NCBI GenBank assembly: GCA_900128565.1
Contig: LT635910.1
Coordinates: 62,001 to 92,454, forward strand
Origin: Stramenopiles sp. TOSAG23-6
Lineage: Eukaryota
Reading direction: 5' to 3'
Length of the DNA: 30,454 nucleotides
Shown here: piece after piece, positions 1 through 9,688 of the stretch
How positions within the stretch are numbered: the stretch's first letter is position 1
Layout of the letters: each line of letters opens with the position of its first letter
The notes under the pieces: model-generated
What the model saw: the letters and a program-made list of their open reading frames with translations, nothing else
Told to the model about the DNA's origin: nothing
The model's database searches: none
Position numbers and translations under genes: made by a program

Positions 1-217
1 TAGGTATCTTGATACTTTTTCACAGTTACAACCCGAATTTAACGGCCCAAAACTGAAAAAAATAATTGGAAAACATTGGAAAAAAGCAAAATAAATCGAT
101 CTCACTCATCATCGTATACGAGTCAAAAAAATTACCTCAAGTCGGGCTACTCCTGTTCAGTGCCATATTATCTATGAATGATAGTACGATTTATTACATT
201 TCGCCTTTGATTTAGTA

Positions 218-2275
218 ATGTCGTTCCATAACGTTTTCTTTCGTTATGACGGGAGGCGCTTTAAATTAAAAGTTTCTGCAAGTGCGCCTGTACAAGTAGC
301 GATTCAACAAGCATGTGTGACTGTTGGAGTAAGTTCTTTTACAACTGCTTCTTTGTACCACAAAGGTCGTCTATTAGACCCTGCTAATCCCTGGCGTTTT
401 GCGTCTGTTCCAAGCAACGCTGAATTAGATTTAGTGGTCATTTCCTCATCATCACGTGTTGGTCATTCTGATGCAAAATATGTCCAGGTCGCTATTCAGC
501 AAGGTAATAAACGTTTAATGCATAAGTTCAAGAATTCGTCTAGCCTTTCGGAAATTATTGAGTTTTTTTCTCAGCAGCCTGGAACTGTTTGCACGTGGAG
601 TGATATGGAAGAGCCAACTTTGATTTTCATGCGTCAGGTATATCAAGAAAGAGATTTTCATTCAACTACACTTAATAGTATTGGTGTATTTGAAGGTTCA
701 ATACTATTTAGAATTCGTCTCCAGCCACGGTCAAATCCTGTACCAAAACATTCTGTCAAAAAGAATTCAATAACTATCCAAGAGACTGAAACAATGAGAG
801 ATGTTTCCGAAGAGACGTTGACTACAATAGATAGTGTGAAAGACGTATCAACAGATAGTATGAAAAATGTACCAACAAACAATATAACAGATGTTCCAAC
901 AAACAATATAACAAATGTACCAACAAACAATATAAAAAACGTATCGGAAGAAACATCAATCACACCAATTTCTACTCCCGAGCAAGCATTAGATCAACTA
1001 AGATATGCATGTTTTGATAAAGATGCAAGGGAAACCTTGAGAATATTATTTAAAGTCGTTGATAATATTTTATCTAGACCTGGAGATCTGAAAACTAGAA
1101 AATTAAAACTTTCCAACAAACATGTCAACACTAAAATTGTACAACGAAATGGCGCATTATTATTTTTATCAAGCTTAGGATTTACAAAAGTAGACGGTAT
1201 TCTTATTCTCGATGAAAAAAATGAAGTAAATAGTGTATTGCAACGTGGTAGACAACTATTGGAAAAACATGCAAATGATCTTGGAATGAAAATACCTGCA
1301 ATGCCTTCTCAGCGTATGTATCCTACAGAAGTAGCTGCAGCTGCAGCTATAGCTCTAGAAAACTTTGATCCATTTTCATCAAAAATATCTCGTGTAACTC
1401 CTCAATTTCGTGGTGCATCTAAAACTGATCGAGAAGTTTCAAAACTGTTGCATAAACAACAGGAAATCTTAGGTAGTAGTTCCGGTAGATTAAGTGTTCG
1501 ACCACCTGATCGTTGTATAAAGATATACTTTACTTGTACACATAAAACAACAACAAATAGTACATTACATTTGTCTACTATGCCACCAGCGTTAGCATCA
1601 GCCTCAATGACAGATAGCCCATTAAGTGATAGTCAATTAATTTTCAGTGAAATGTCACGACGTAGAGAAGATGCAAAAAAAAGTCGTCAACTTCGTACAA
1701 AAAATATGCGAGATTTGGATAAACTCCGAAAGGTGAAATTATTCACCAAATCTTTGATTCGTGTTAATTTCCCGAGTGATGACATATCTCGACGTATTTC
1801 ATTGGAAGCTGTATTTCATCCTCATGAAAACGTTGATGCTGTTATTAAAGTAATAGAAACTTCACTATATAAGACTTCTTCTTTAGATGTTGATGAAACA
1901 CCTTTTGAGTTATATATTTCACCACCAAGAACAAAACTAATTCATAATAAAACACTTGAATCCTATGGACTTGTACCAGCTGCAATAATTTATTTATCCT
2001 GGAAAGGAACAAATGGTATGATACTTCAAGAAAGATCACGACAGAAAGTTCCTGGTTCTTTCCTTAATGAAACACTACAGTCTACATTATTGGAATACTC
2101 AAATAGTAATGAAATAGCGTCTATGTCAGAATCAGTGTTTCCTGAAATGTTTTCTTTGGATAAAGAGGAGTTGGACAAGTCAAAAAATACATCTTCAAGA
2201 TTAAGTAATGTTTCCTCTTCAAAACGTGTAAAGCTTAATGGGGGTAAGAAAAAACCTGGTTGGTTAAAATTATAA
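218..2275 (+). CDS. ASPSCR1: TUG/ASPSCR1-like p97/Cdc48 adaptor: two ubiquitin-like domains, a PUB domain and a C-terminal UBX domain
   Basis: 685-aa intronless ORF. N-terminal TUG-UBL1-like motif (LYHKGRLLDPANPWRFASVPSNAELDLV), second UBL (EPTLIFMRQVY...TTLNSIGV), PUB (LFKVVDNILSRPGDLKTRKLKLSN...GALLFLSSLGF), UBX (IRVNFP...LEAVFHPHE...FELYISPP...GLVPAAIIY) and a TUG-type basic tail KKKPGWLKL. Confidence 0.75.
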   Translation: MSFHNVFFRYDGRRFKLKVSASAPVQVAIQQACVTVGVSSFTTASLYHKGRLLDPANPWRFASVPSNAELDLVVISSSSRVGHSDAKYVQVAIQQGNKRLMHKFKNSSSLSEIIEFFSQQPGTVCTWSDMEEPTLIFMRQVYQERDFHSTTLNSIGVFEGSILFRIRLQPRSNPVPKHSVKKNSITIQETETMRDVSEETLTTIDSVKDVSTDSMKNVPTNNITDVPTNNITNVPTNNIKNVSEETSITPISTPEQALDQLRYACFDKDARETLRILFKVVDNILSRPGDLKTRKLKLSNKHVNTKIVQRNGALLFLSSLGFTKVDGILILDEKNEVNSVLQRGRQLLEKHANDLGMKIPAMPSQRMYPTEVAAAAAIALENFDPFSSKISRVTPQFRGASKTDREVSKLLHKQQEILGSSSGRLSVRPPDRCIKIYFTCTHKTTTNSTLHLSTMPPALASASMTDSPLSDSQLIFSEMSRRREDAKKSRQLRTKNMRDLDKLRKVKLFTKSLIRVNFPSDDISRRISLEAVFHPHENVDAVIKVIETSLYKTSSLDVDETPFELYISPPRTKLIHNKTLESYGLVPAAIIYLSWKGTNGMILQERSRQKVPGSFLNETLQSTLLEYSNSNEIASMSESVFPEMFSLDKEELDKSKNTSSRLSNVSSSKRVKLNGGKKKPGWLKL
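866..937 (+). repeat. 24-bp in-frame tandem repeat encoding [N/D]VPTNNI[T/K] x3, with degenerate copies upstream
   Basis: aatgtaccaacaaacaatataaca / gatgttccaacaaacaatataaca / aatgtaccaacaaacaatataaaa. Confidence 0.9.
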
Positions 2276-2546
2276 TTTTGGAACTTTTATTATCATAACA
2301 TGGTCTCCGTGTCGGTTTTAAGTTTTAATTTTTAAAATTTACAATTCCAAATTTATCATCATCATACAGGTCGAAAAGATTATTTATTATTGAGTGTAAT
2401 TACAATAAATATCATCCCACATTACGACAAATCCTAAACTCTTTAATAATGTTGAAGTATCTATAAATACATTAGATGTACTTAGATGCATCATTTTTTT
2501 TGGATTCATTTATCGTTAAATCATTTATTTTTATGAAGCATTTACA

Positions 2547-4732
2547 TCATTGGCGATTACTAATTAACTCAAGAACAACACTTTCATCTAGTAATGTCGA
2601 TGTATCTCCAAATGCATCAATATTGTCTTCACCTTCAGCTACTTTACGGAGGATTCTACGCATAGTTTTTCCTGATCTAGTTTCAGGCAATGCTCTACTT
2701 ATTTGAATTTTATCTGGCGATGCAATTGGACCAATTACTTTTCGAACCACTGACTTTACATCAGCTGTTAATGTAGATTCATCAAGCATTTCATCATCAG
2801 TATTATTAGGTACAACAAATGCGTATATGGCAGTACCTTTTACAGAATGTGGGAAACCAACCACAGCTGCTTTTGCTATAGACGAGTGAGTCATTATTGC
2901 TGTTTCAACTTCTGCAGTGCCCAATCTATGACCACTCACATTAATAACATCATCCGTTCGTCCTGTGATCCAGTAATAACCATCAGCATCACGTCTAGCA
3001 CAGTCACCAGTAAAATATTTCCCAGGATAATCACCATAATATGCACCTTCAAAACGACTCTGATCACCATATATTGTTCTGAGTTGTGAAGGCCAAGAAC
3101 CATTAATAACTAATGAACCTTCGACAGGATTTCCTTCTAAAACAACTCCTGTTTCAGGATCTACAATTTCAGGTTTAATTCCAAAATGTGGAGCACAACA
3201 TGAACCAGGTTTTGTTTCAGTAGCACCAGGCAAAGGAGTCAACATATGACATCCAGTCTCCGTTTGCCACCAAGTATCAACAATTGCACATTTACCATTT
3301 CCTACTACATCTTTATACCAATGCCATGCAGAACTATTAATCGGTTCACCCACAGTTCCCAAGACACGTAATGATTTTCGTGAGGTTTTAGTAACGTACT
3401 CATCACCTTCAGCCATTAGAGCACGTATTGCAGTAGGTGCAGTGTAAATACAATTTATACCATACCGATCAATAATCTCCCAGAAACGAGCAGGTGTTGG
3501 ATACATTGGGATCCCTTCAAACATTACTGTTGTTCCACCATTACATAGTGGCCCATATACTGTATATGTATTGCGAAGAAATATTTTATATTTTCAATTC
3601 ATTAGGTATGAAAAAAAAATGAAATTTGAAACAAAAAAGGAAGTTTGAAACAAAAAATTTGAAATGATGAAAATATACATGTATGACCTGTAATCCAACC
3701 GCAGTCTGCCGTACACCAAAATATATCTCCTTCCTTGTGATCAAATGATGTATCATGCGTAAGTGATGCACCTAATAAATACCCTGCAGATGAGTGTAAG
3801 ACACCTTTAGGCTTTCCAGTTGATCCACTTGTATACAAAATGAATAAAGGATCTTCAGCATTCATTGCTTCCGCTGGACAACAATTACTCACACATTGTA
3901 TAGCATCATGATACCAAATATCTCTTCCTGGATTACTTAATAGTGGCGATGAAGTAGTTTCACCTGTACTATTGTGTAAACGATTGACAACTAATACTGA
4001 TTCAACAGACTCTTCAGAAGCTGGGATTAATTCTAGTGCTTTGTCAACAATAGCTTTCAACCCGACACGTTTCCCACCCCGCATACCTACATCAGCAGTA
4101 ATTACCAATTTTGACTTACAGTCAACAATTCTTCCCATTACAGCATCAGCACTGAAACCACCAAATATAATGGAGTGAATTGCTCCAATACGACTACACG
4201 CCAACATGGCAACTGCAGTTTCTGGAATCATTGGCATACAAATGGATACTCTGTCTCCTTTAACAATACCAAATTTTTCTTTTAAAACGTTTGCAACACG
4301 AGATACTTCATCAAGTAGTTCCGAATACGTTATATGTCGTGAATCATTGCAGTCATCACCCTCCCAAATTATCGCAGTTTGGTCACCACGACCTTGTTCC
4401 ACATGTCGGTCTATACAGTTTGTACTGACATTAAGTTGCCCGTCTTGGAACCAATTTACTTCAATAGGCCCCTTTCGTATATCCAACTGGGTTGATCGGG
4501 GCACCGTAAAGTCTTTTGACCATTGAAGACGTTTTCGAGCTTCACTAGCCCAGAAATCGTCACTATTATGGTCTACACTACTCGCATATTGAGCGGCATA
4601 ATCTGCAACTGTAATATTCGCTGTTGAAGCAAGAGCTGGCGGAATAGGAAACTTTGTTATATTTTCATGACTACAAAAAAGACGTTTAGCCACTGTGGAG
4701 ATGTGACAACGACGGTAGGTATGGGCCAACAT
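2547..4732 (-). CDS. acs: Acetyl-CoA synthetase (AMP-forming), 2 exons (about 4732-3679 and 3565-2547, ~690 aa), probable mitochondrial presequence
   Basis: Motifs [105 protein letters not shown]-terminus [21 protein letters not shown] is Arg/Ser/Thr-rich with no acidic residues. Confidence 0.96.
3566..3678 (-). other. Intron in acs with an ambiguous or non-canonical 3' splice site
   Basis: T-rich 113-nt insert breaking the GHT-YTVYGP motif. Donor GTATATTT, CTAAT branch-like motif, ends in ...GCAATACAT; the nearest AG is 6 nt downstream (3561-3560). Confidence 0.85.
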
Positions 4733-4824
4733 ATTTAATGATTTATTGAAAAGAGTGAGTTTGAATTGATGATATATGTCAACAGTGAGTGACTAGGATC
4801 CTAGCTAGAAAAATGTTTAACTGC

Positions 4825-4906
4825 AGAGATCGTATTAAATAATAACTGAGAGATTGTATTAAATAATAACTGAGAGATTGTATTAAATAATAACTGAGAG
4901 ATCGTA
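4825..4906. repeat. 24-bp minisatellite, about 3.4 copies, upstream of acs
   Basis: agagat(c/t)gtattaaataataactg at 4825, 4849 and 4873, partial copy at 4897; no spacers. Confidence 0.95.
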
Positions 4907-5102
4907 AGATACTGCACCGTGCACGGTAGTATTTTTTTGTATTTTTTTGACAGCTGCAATAATTTTGATCGCTTTAGTACGTTACCCGGTACTGAAAACG
5001 TTCGAATTTTCACGATTCGTTTTTAAACTTTTTTTGTATTTTTTTGTTGAAGATTAAATTTTATATACACTGGATTTCCTCAGTTGTTCATCTGAAGAGA
5101 AA

Positions 5103-5184
5103 TTGCATGTAGCCAAGTGGTTACGGCGCTCGGCTGCTAACTGAGTTCCCTTTGGGAGCGCAGGTTCGAATCCTGTCATGCACG
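5103..5184 (+). tRNA. trnS-GCT: tRNA-Ser (anticodon GCT), long variable arm, no intron
   Basis: A-box TAGCCAAGTGG; D-stem GCC/GGC; anticodon arm CTCGG-CT GCT AA-CTGAG; variable arm TCCC-TTT-GGGA; T-arm GCAGG-TTCGAAT-CCTGT; acceptor TTGCATG/CATGCAC; G73 discriminator; CCA not encoded. Confidence 0.93.
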
Positions 5185-5206
5185 ATATCCCATTATCACA
5201 ATCTTC

Positions 5207-5211
5207 TTTTT
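5207..5211 (+). terminator. RNA polymerase III oligo-T terminator for tRNA-Ser
   Basis: First T5 run, about 22 nt downstream of the discriminator base. Confidence 0.6.
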
Positions 5212-5457
5212 GTTGTTTTCTTTTTATTGACTGAAATTTTGGTAACCCGGTACACTGTACATCGCGATCACAGAAGCCAAAAATACGAAGCCCACGAAAA
5301 TATTATTTTTCACATCCATGCCATGGTAGAGTATCTTCCGCGGCTCTCCGACAAAACACTTTTATAAATTTTTCCTTTAAATCAATATACAATATTAGTC
5401 ATGGCGGTGGATGCGCATCACTAAGTCATTGCTATAGTATTAAAGTGTTATAAATAA

Positions 5458-8004
5458 ATGCCGGGTCAGTCACCTTGGCAGAAATTAATGTCTGAGCAGC
5501 ACGAGCAGAATCTAGCAGCTGCTGCTATCCTGGCAGAGTTCGATTCACTATCTCGAGAACAAAAGGACTCTCGAAAAAATGAGCCTCGTGTTTCTTCTCC
5601 TCGCGTGCGTGAGGCAACTGCGGCTGCATCTAGCAGGCGACGTTCATTATCAATGAATCATAAAAGAAATGGTAGAATGTTATCAGATTCATCTCTTTAT
5701 AGTCGAAAAGAACTTGAAGAAGAAGAAGATATCGACGTACAACAGTGGATTGCAAATGCTATAGACCAGTCAGAATCTGAAGCTTCATTAAGAAATACCA
5801 CATTTATTGAGTCTAAAACAGATTCAAAGACATTTAGTATTCCTCAAGGTAAAGGGCTACAGAGAAACCGTAATAAACATGGAAAAGAACCTATTGAATG
5901 TAATAAACATGGAAAAGAATGTAAAAAACGTGATATTGAATATAAAAAACGTGATATAGAATATAATAAACGTGAAGACAAACATGGATATATATTGGAT
6001 GAACAATATGATACAAAAACTGAAGTGAATATTATGTTAAAGAAATGGAAATTATCTAAAGAAAAAGCAAATATTCTGCATAATCCAAAGGTTTCAATTC
6101 GTTCCTCTTCTTCTAAAAGTAAAATACCAAAGAATTCATCTGTACCAGTGCTTACTAGTAATACTCTACAAATAGGTACATCTCAGGATATGTCAAAGGA
6201 TATATCAAAGGATTTATCAAAGGATAAAACAGCTGGTCTATTTTTATGGGGAAACCCATCTGTTAAATCTGAGAATGTTTCCAATACATCAATAACCACC
6301 AGACGTAAACAAAGTGAATCGAAAGTATCTAATAAATTGAAAAGTAATGTTTCAAAACAAAATATTTGTCAAATTGATAAAGTTGATGAATTAGAAAAGA
6401 GAATGCAACGTCGAAGGATACTACATAGAATAGAAAAAAGACAAATGAGAGCAAGGGTATATCTTTTACAAAATATATTTACAATATGGATGAGATATGT
6501 ACAACATAAACAAATCAAACGAAACAGACGTTTACAAGCTGCGTTTTATCATCAACGTAAAAATACCCTTCGTAGTTGTTTCCGCACGTGGATGATATAT
6601 ATGGAAGTGAAACAAAAAAATGAGATGCAAGCATTAGTTATAAGAAATTGGAAAATGCAGCATAAATATTTTCTTCTTTGGTATACATTTTCAAAAAAAA
6701 TGCAAAATGAACGCGAGGTTGAACAATTAAAATTTTCAATGAGAAAACAGTATTATAATGAAAAAGTAGCTAAATCATATTTTAATCAGAAAATGTATTC
6801 TCGTCATTTCGGACGTTGGGTATTGTATACAAAAGAATCTCAATGGGAAAAACAACAGATGCGACAACGTGTCTCTAGAGAAAAAATGATGGACGCTTTA
6901 ATTGTTAAAAAACAACAGGAAAAAGATAAAAAACAACAGGAAAAAGAAAGATATAATAGGAAACAAAATCAAAATAATATAAAAAAAGAAATAGATTTTG
7001 TGAATAAAGAAAGATATAATAGGAAACAAAATCAAAATAATATAAAAAAAGAGTCAAAGTATGAAAAACAATCAGAATGTAAAATTGCAGAGAGTAAATA
7101 TCGAATCAAAAGTGAAATTCAAAAGAGACATCGTAAACAAAATATAAAATTAAAAAAAGAAAAAAAGAGACAAGCTAAGCTATTTTCATCACCAAAGTAT
7201 GTTACGGATATGGAAAATCGAAGAAAAATGAGACAAAAAAGTCGACAAAAGCTTCAAATGAAATACATACAGAAGCAACGACAAATTGATATTGATAAAC
7301 GTCTCAAAGAATCAAAAATGAAAGAAGAACTTCAATCTAAGCATTTAGCTGAATTAGAAGAAATACGGATAAAAAGACAATTAGCGATTGAAAATGCAAA
7401 AGCAAAAGTTATGCGAAGAAAATTAGTTAGAGAAAAATGGAATCTTTCTATTCTTCATAATAATAGAGCAATATTAAAATTTTGTGGTTGGAGAAATTGG
7501 CGTAAATTAATTTGGATACGAAATCTTCAGAGAAAAAAAGCAATTACATTTTGGAGATATAAACGAATGGAAAATGTAATTCATGCTTGGTATTTTTTTG
7601 TTGTATCATTACAAAATGATAGATATAATCGTGCACAGTATCACTATGAGCATCAACTCATTTACTTTGCTTTTTTGAGTTGGAAAAAAATATATGAAAT
7701 GAATCATGAAAATATTATTGTAGCAAAGAATTTTTATTATCAATCATTTATGAGTCGAATATGGATATCCTGGTGGAGTATTGTTGAACATCGGCATCAT
7801 AAGGAACAAGTTGCGCGAAATAAAAGAAATAAAATGGTTAAAATCCGTTACCGAGTTGCAGTATTACGTCGTATGTTTAATACTTGGAAAATATCAATAG
7901 AATGTTTACAATATGAAAAAAGACTTCGGAATAAAACAAAAAATACAATGAAGAAAGTTCGTAAATGGTTAGAGGAAGAAAAGGATAAAAAAATAAGCAA
8001 GTGA
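5458..8004 (+). CDS. CCDC191-like coiled-coil protein with Sfi1-type (centrin-binding-like) F..W repeats; probable basal-body/centrosomal protein
   Basis: 848-aa basic ORF with two blocks of periodic repeats (LQNIFTIW, LRSCFRTW, QHKYFLLW, SRHFGRW; LKFCGWRNW, ENVIHAW, YFAFLSW, SRIWISW, LRRMFNTW) separated by a charged coiled coil (MENRRKMRQKSRQKL...). Confidence 0.6.
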   Translation: MPGQSPWQKLMSEQHEQNLAAAAILAEFDSLSREQKDSRKNEPRVSSPRVREATAAASSRRRSLSMNHKRNGRMLSDSSLYSRKELEEEEDIDVQQWIANAIDQSESEASLRNTTFIESKTDSKTFSIPQGKGLQRNRNKHGKEPIECNKHGKECKKRDIEYKKRDIEYNKREDKHGYILDEQYDTKTEVNIMLKKWKLSKEKANILHNPKVSIRSSSSKSKIPKNSSVPVLTSNTLQIGTSQDMSKDISKDLSKDKTAGLFLWGNPSVKSENVSNTSITTRRKQSESKVSNKLKSNVSKQNICQIDKVDELEKRMQRRRILHRIEKRQMRARVYLLQNIFTIWMRYVQHKQIKRNRRLQAAFYHQRKNTLRSCFRTWMIYMEVKQKNEMQALVIRNWKMQHKYFLLWYTFSKKMQNEREVEQLKFSMRKQYYNEKVAKSYFNQKMYSRHFGRWVLYTKESQWEKQQMRQRVSREKMMDALIVKKQQEKDKKQQEKERYNRKQNQNNIKKEIDFVNKERYNRKQNQNNIKKESKYEKQSECKIAESKYRIKSEIQKRHRKQNIKLKKEKKRQAKLFSSPKYVTDMENRRKMRQKSRQKLQMKYIQKQRQIDIDKRLKESKMKEELQSKHLAELEEIRIKRQLAIENAKAKVMRRKLVREKWNLSILHNNRAILKFCGWRNWRKLIWIRNLQRKKAITFWRYKRMENVIHAWYFFVVSLQNDRYNRAQYHYEHQLIYFAFLSWKKIYEMNHENIIVAKNFYYQSFMSRIWISWWSIVEHRHHKEQVARNKRNKMVKIRYRVAVLRRMFNTWKISIECLQYEKRLRNKTKNTMKKVRKWLEEEKDKKISK
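6943..7052 (+). repeat. In-frame direct repeat (63-nt period) encoding KERYNRKQNQNNIKKE x2
   Basis: aaagaaagatataataggaaacaaaatcaaaataatataaaaaaaga at 6943 and 7006. Confidence 0.9.
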
Positions 8005-8315
8005 ATCAATTATATTATATAAATTATAATTTATGAAAACTTTTAGTGTAGTTTTTACATTTATTTTTCAAGGTTTTATACTCTGCAGTGAGTGATAAAT
8101 AATAATTTTATCAGCCCTAAATTCGGAATTCGGAATTCGAATTTATTAATTTATTTAAATTTGAAAATTAAATTTTTCATTGCACCTTCGAGACAACAAC
8201 ACACAACACTCTATTATTTCTCGTAAATAGACTACACTTCCTCCTCTCGCCTAAATTAAACCAAGATCTGTCCAAATTGTGCCCATCAAGAAAAATAAAT
8301 AATATATACGTCATA

Positions 8316-9368
8316 ATGAAGTCTTTATACTGGATGTATTTTTTATTCAGGATATGCTGTTTATTGCTTCCAACTTATTCACAGTTGCAATCGGTAACAA
8401 CAACTTTAGTTCCAGGAAGTNAAGCAGTATTCACTGTAAATGTTGACGTTAACGGAAAGCCTACCCCNTTGAATATTATGCCTGGAGAAAGCATCGATGA
8501 AGCTGTGAATAAATTTTGTAAGAAATTTGATGCTGTACCTGAAGACGTTGTAAAGCTTCAAAATAACGTACAACAGGCAATTGATGACATTACAAGAACT
8601 CTATATTTGAACACTGTCCTTCGTGATGCGTTCATGAAAAGAGTCGTTTATACATCTACTAATAAACCTAGACCACTAAATAGTGGTATCACCTGCTATG
8701 AGGGGAAGTTTCTATACGATTTGGTTGTAACAAACAATATAGAAAATACTTTAGAAATCGGTGCAGCTTTTGGTATATCTTCAGTGTACTTTGCTCAGGG
8801 ACATCATGANGCTGGTATTGGAGGGAAACACATCGCAATTGATCCTTATCAGACTTCTCAGTGGGATGGTATTGGCATTTTACAAGTGGAACGAGCAGGT
8901 CTTTCAGACTATTTTGAGTTGCGTGAATTACCTTCATATCAAGCTCTACCAGATGCTTTGAAAAATGATGAAGTCTATGACTTGATCTTTATTGACGGTA
9001 TGCACACAGTATATAATATTTCTTCTACAATATTTATATAACAACAAAATAACATTGTGCAATATAATTTACTCATTATTTTCTTGTGTGCTATATTTTT
9101 ATTCATACAGTTTGACTATACCTTTGTTGATTTTTTTTATGCAGATATGCTATTGTCTGAAAATGGATTAATTGTATTTGATGATGGACAAATGCCTTCG
9201 GTGAAGAGTGTTGTTGATTATGCTATTAATAATCGTAACTATGTCTTAGTGGAGACTCCAGGGTTAAGCTCTGTTGCATTTATTGTAGTCAAGAAAATTC
9301 AGCATCATGAACCACAGTGGGATGCACATGTTCCTTTTAGAACAAATTTTACGGAACAAGAACTATAA
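8316..9368 (+). CDS. Class I SAM-dependent methyltransferase (Methyltransf_24-like) with signal peptide and a small N-terminal domain; exons 8316-9008 and 9111-9368 (~316 aa)
   Basis: Motif I TLEIGAAFGISS, HIAIDPYQ, YDLIFIDGMHT|FDYTFVDFFYADMLL...GLIVFDD joined across a GT-AG intron; hydrophobic leader MKSLYWMYFLFRICCLLLPTYSQ. Confidence 0.88.
9009..9110 (+). other. Spliceosomal intron, 102 nt, phase 0
   Basis: GTATAT...TTCATACAG; removal restores DGMHT-FDY; contains an in-frame stop. Confidence 0.92.
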
Positions 9369-9688
9369 AGAAAATATTTGATTACTTTGTTATCATATCC
9401 ATTATATGTTTTTAAAAAAAAGTAATATATAAATATGCCAAATATATGATGAAAAATAAAATATTACTCATTGGAACCAATTATTGGAACAAATTAATAA
9501 TTAGTTATTGTTGACAACATTTTAATGATTTTACATAAATTGAATTTTAAATTTATAAGAAATTTGCTATTTTTTTCGGTTCTTTGAACTTCTTCTTTTT
9601 ATTTTTTTACACTCTCTGTTCTGAGTTCTGACTTCTCTCTCTGATCGACAGATTTTGAAGTTCACAAATTGTGTCGTCCATCTAAAGT

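Noticed and set aside
4825-4906. 24-bp repeats as a CRISPR array
   Set aside because: Copies are head-to-tail with no unique spacers, there are no cas genes, and the context is eukaryotic. The same applies to 13247-13365.
4916-4927. Perfect 12-bp palindrome ACCGTGCACGGT upstream of acs
   Set aside because: Single occurrence; could be a dimeric factor site but cannot be told from chance.
4801-5013. 70-aa minus-strand ORF with (TISQLLFN) repeats
   Set aside because: A by-product of the 24-bp minisatellite in the acs promoter; non-ATG start.
5103-5184. tRNA-Sec, suppressor tRNA or genetic-code change
   Set aside because: Anticodon is GCT with a 7/5 acceptor/T-stem. Genes here end in TAA, TAG and TGA and long ORFs have no in-frame stops, so the standard code applies.
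5152-5367. 71-aa ORF
   Set aside because: TTG start inside the tRNA gene, low-complexity intergenic composition, no recognisable motif.
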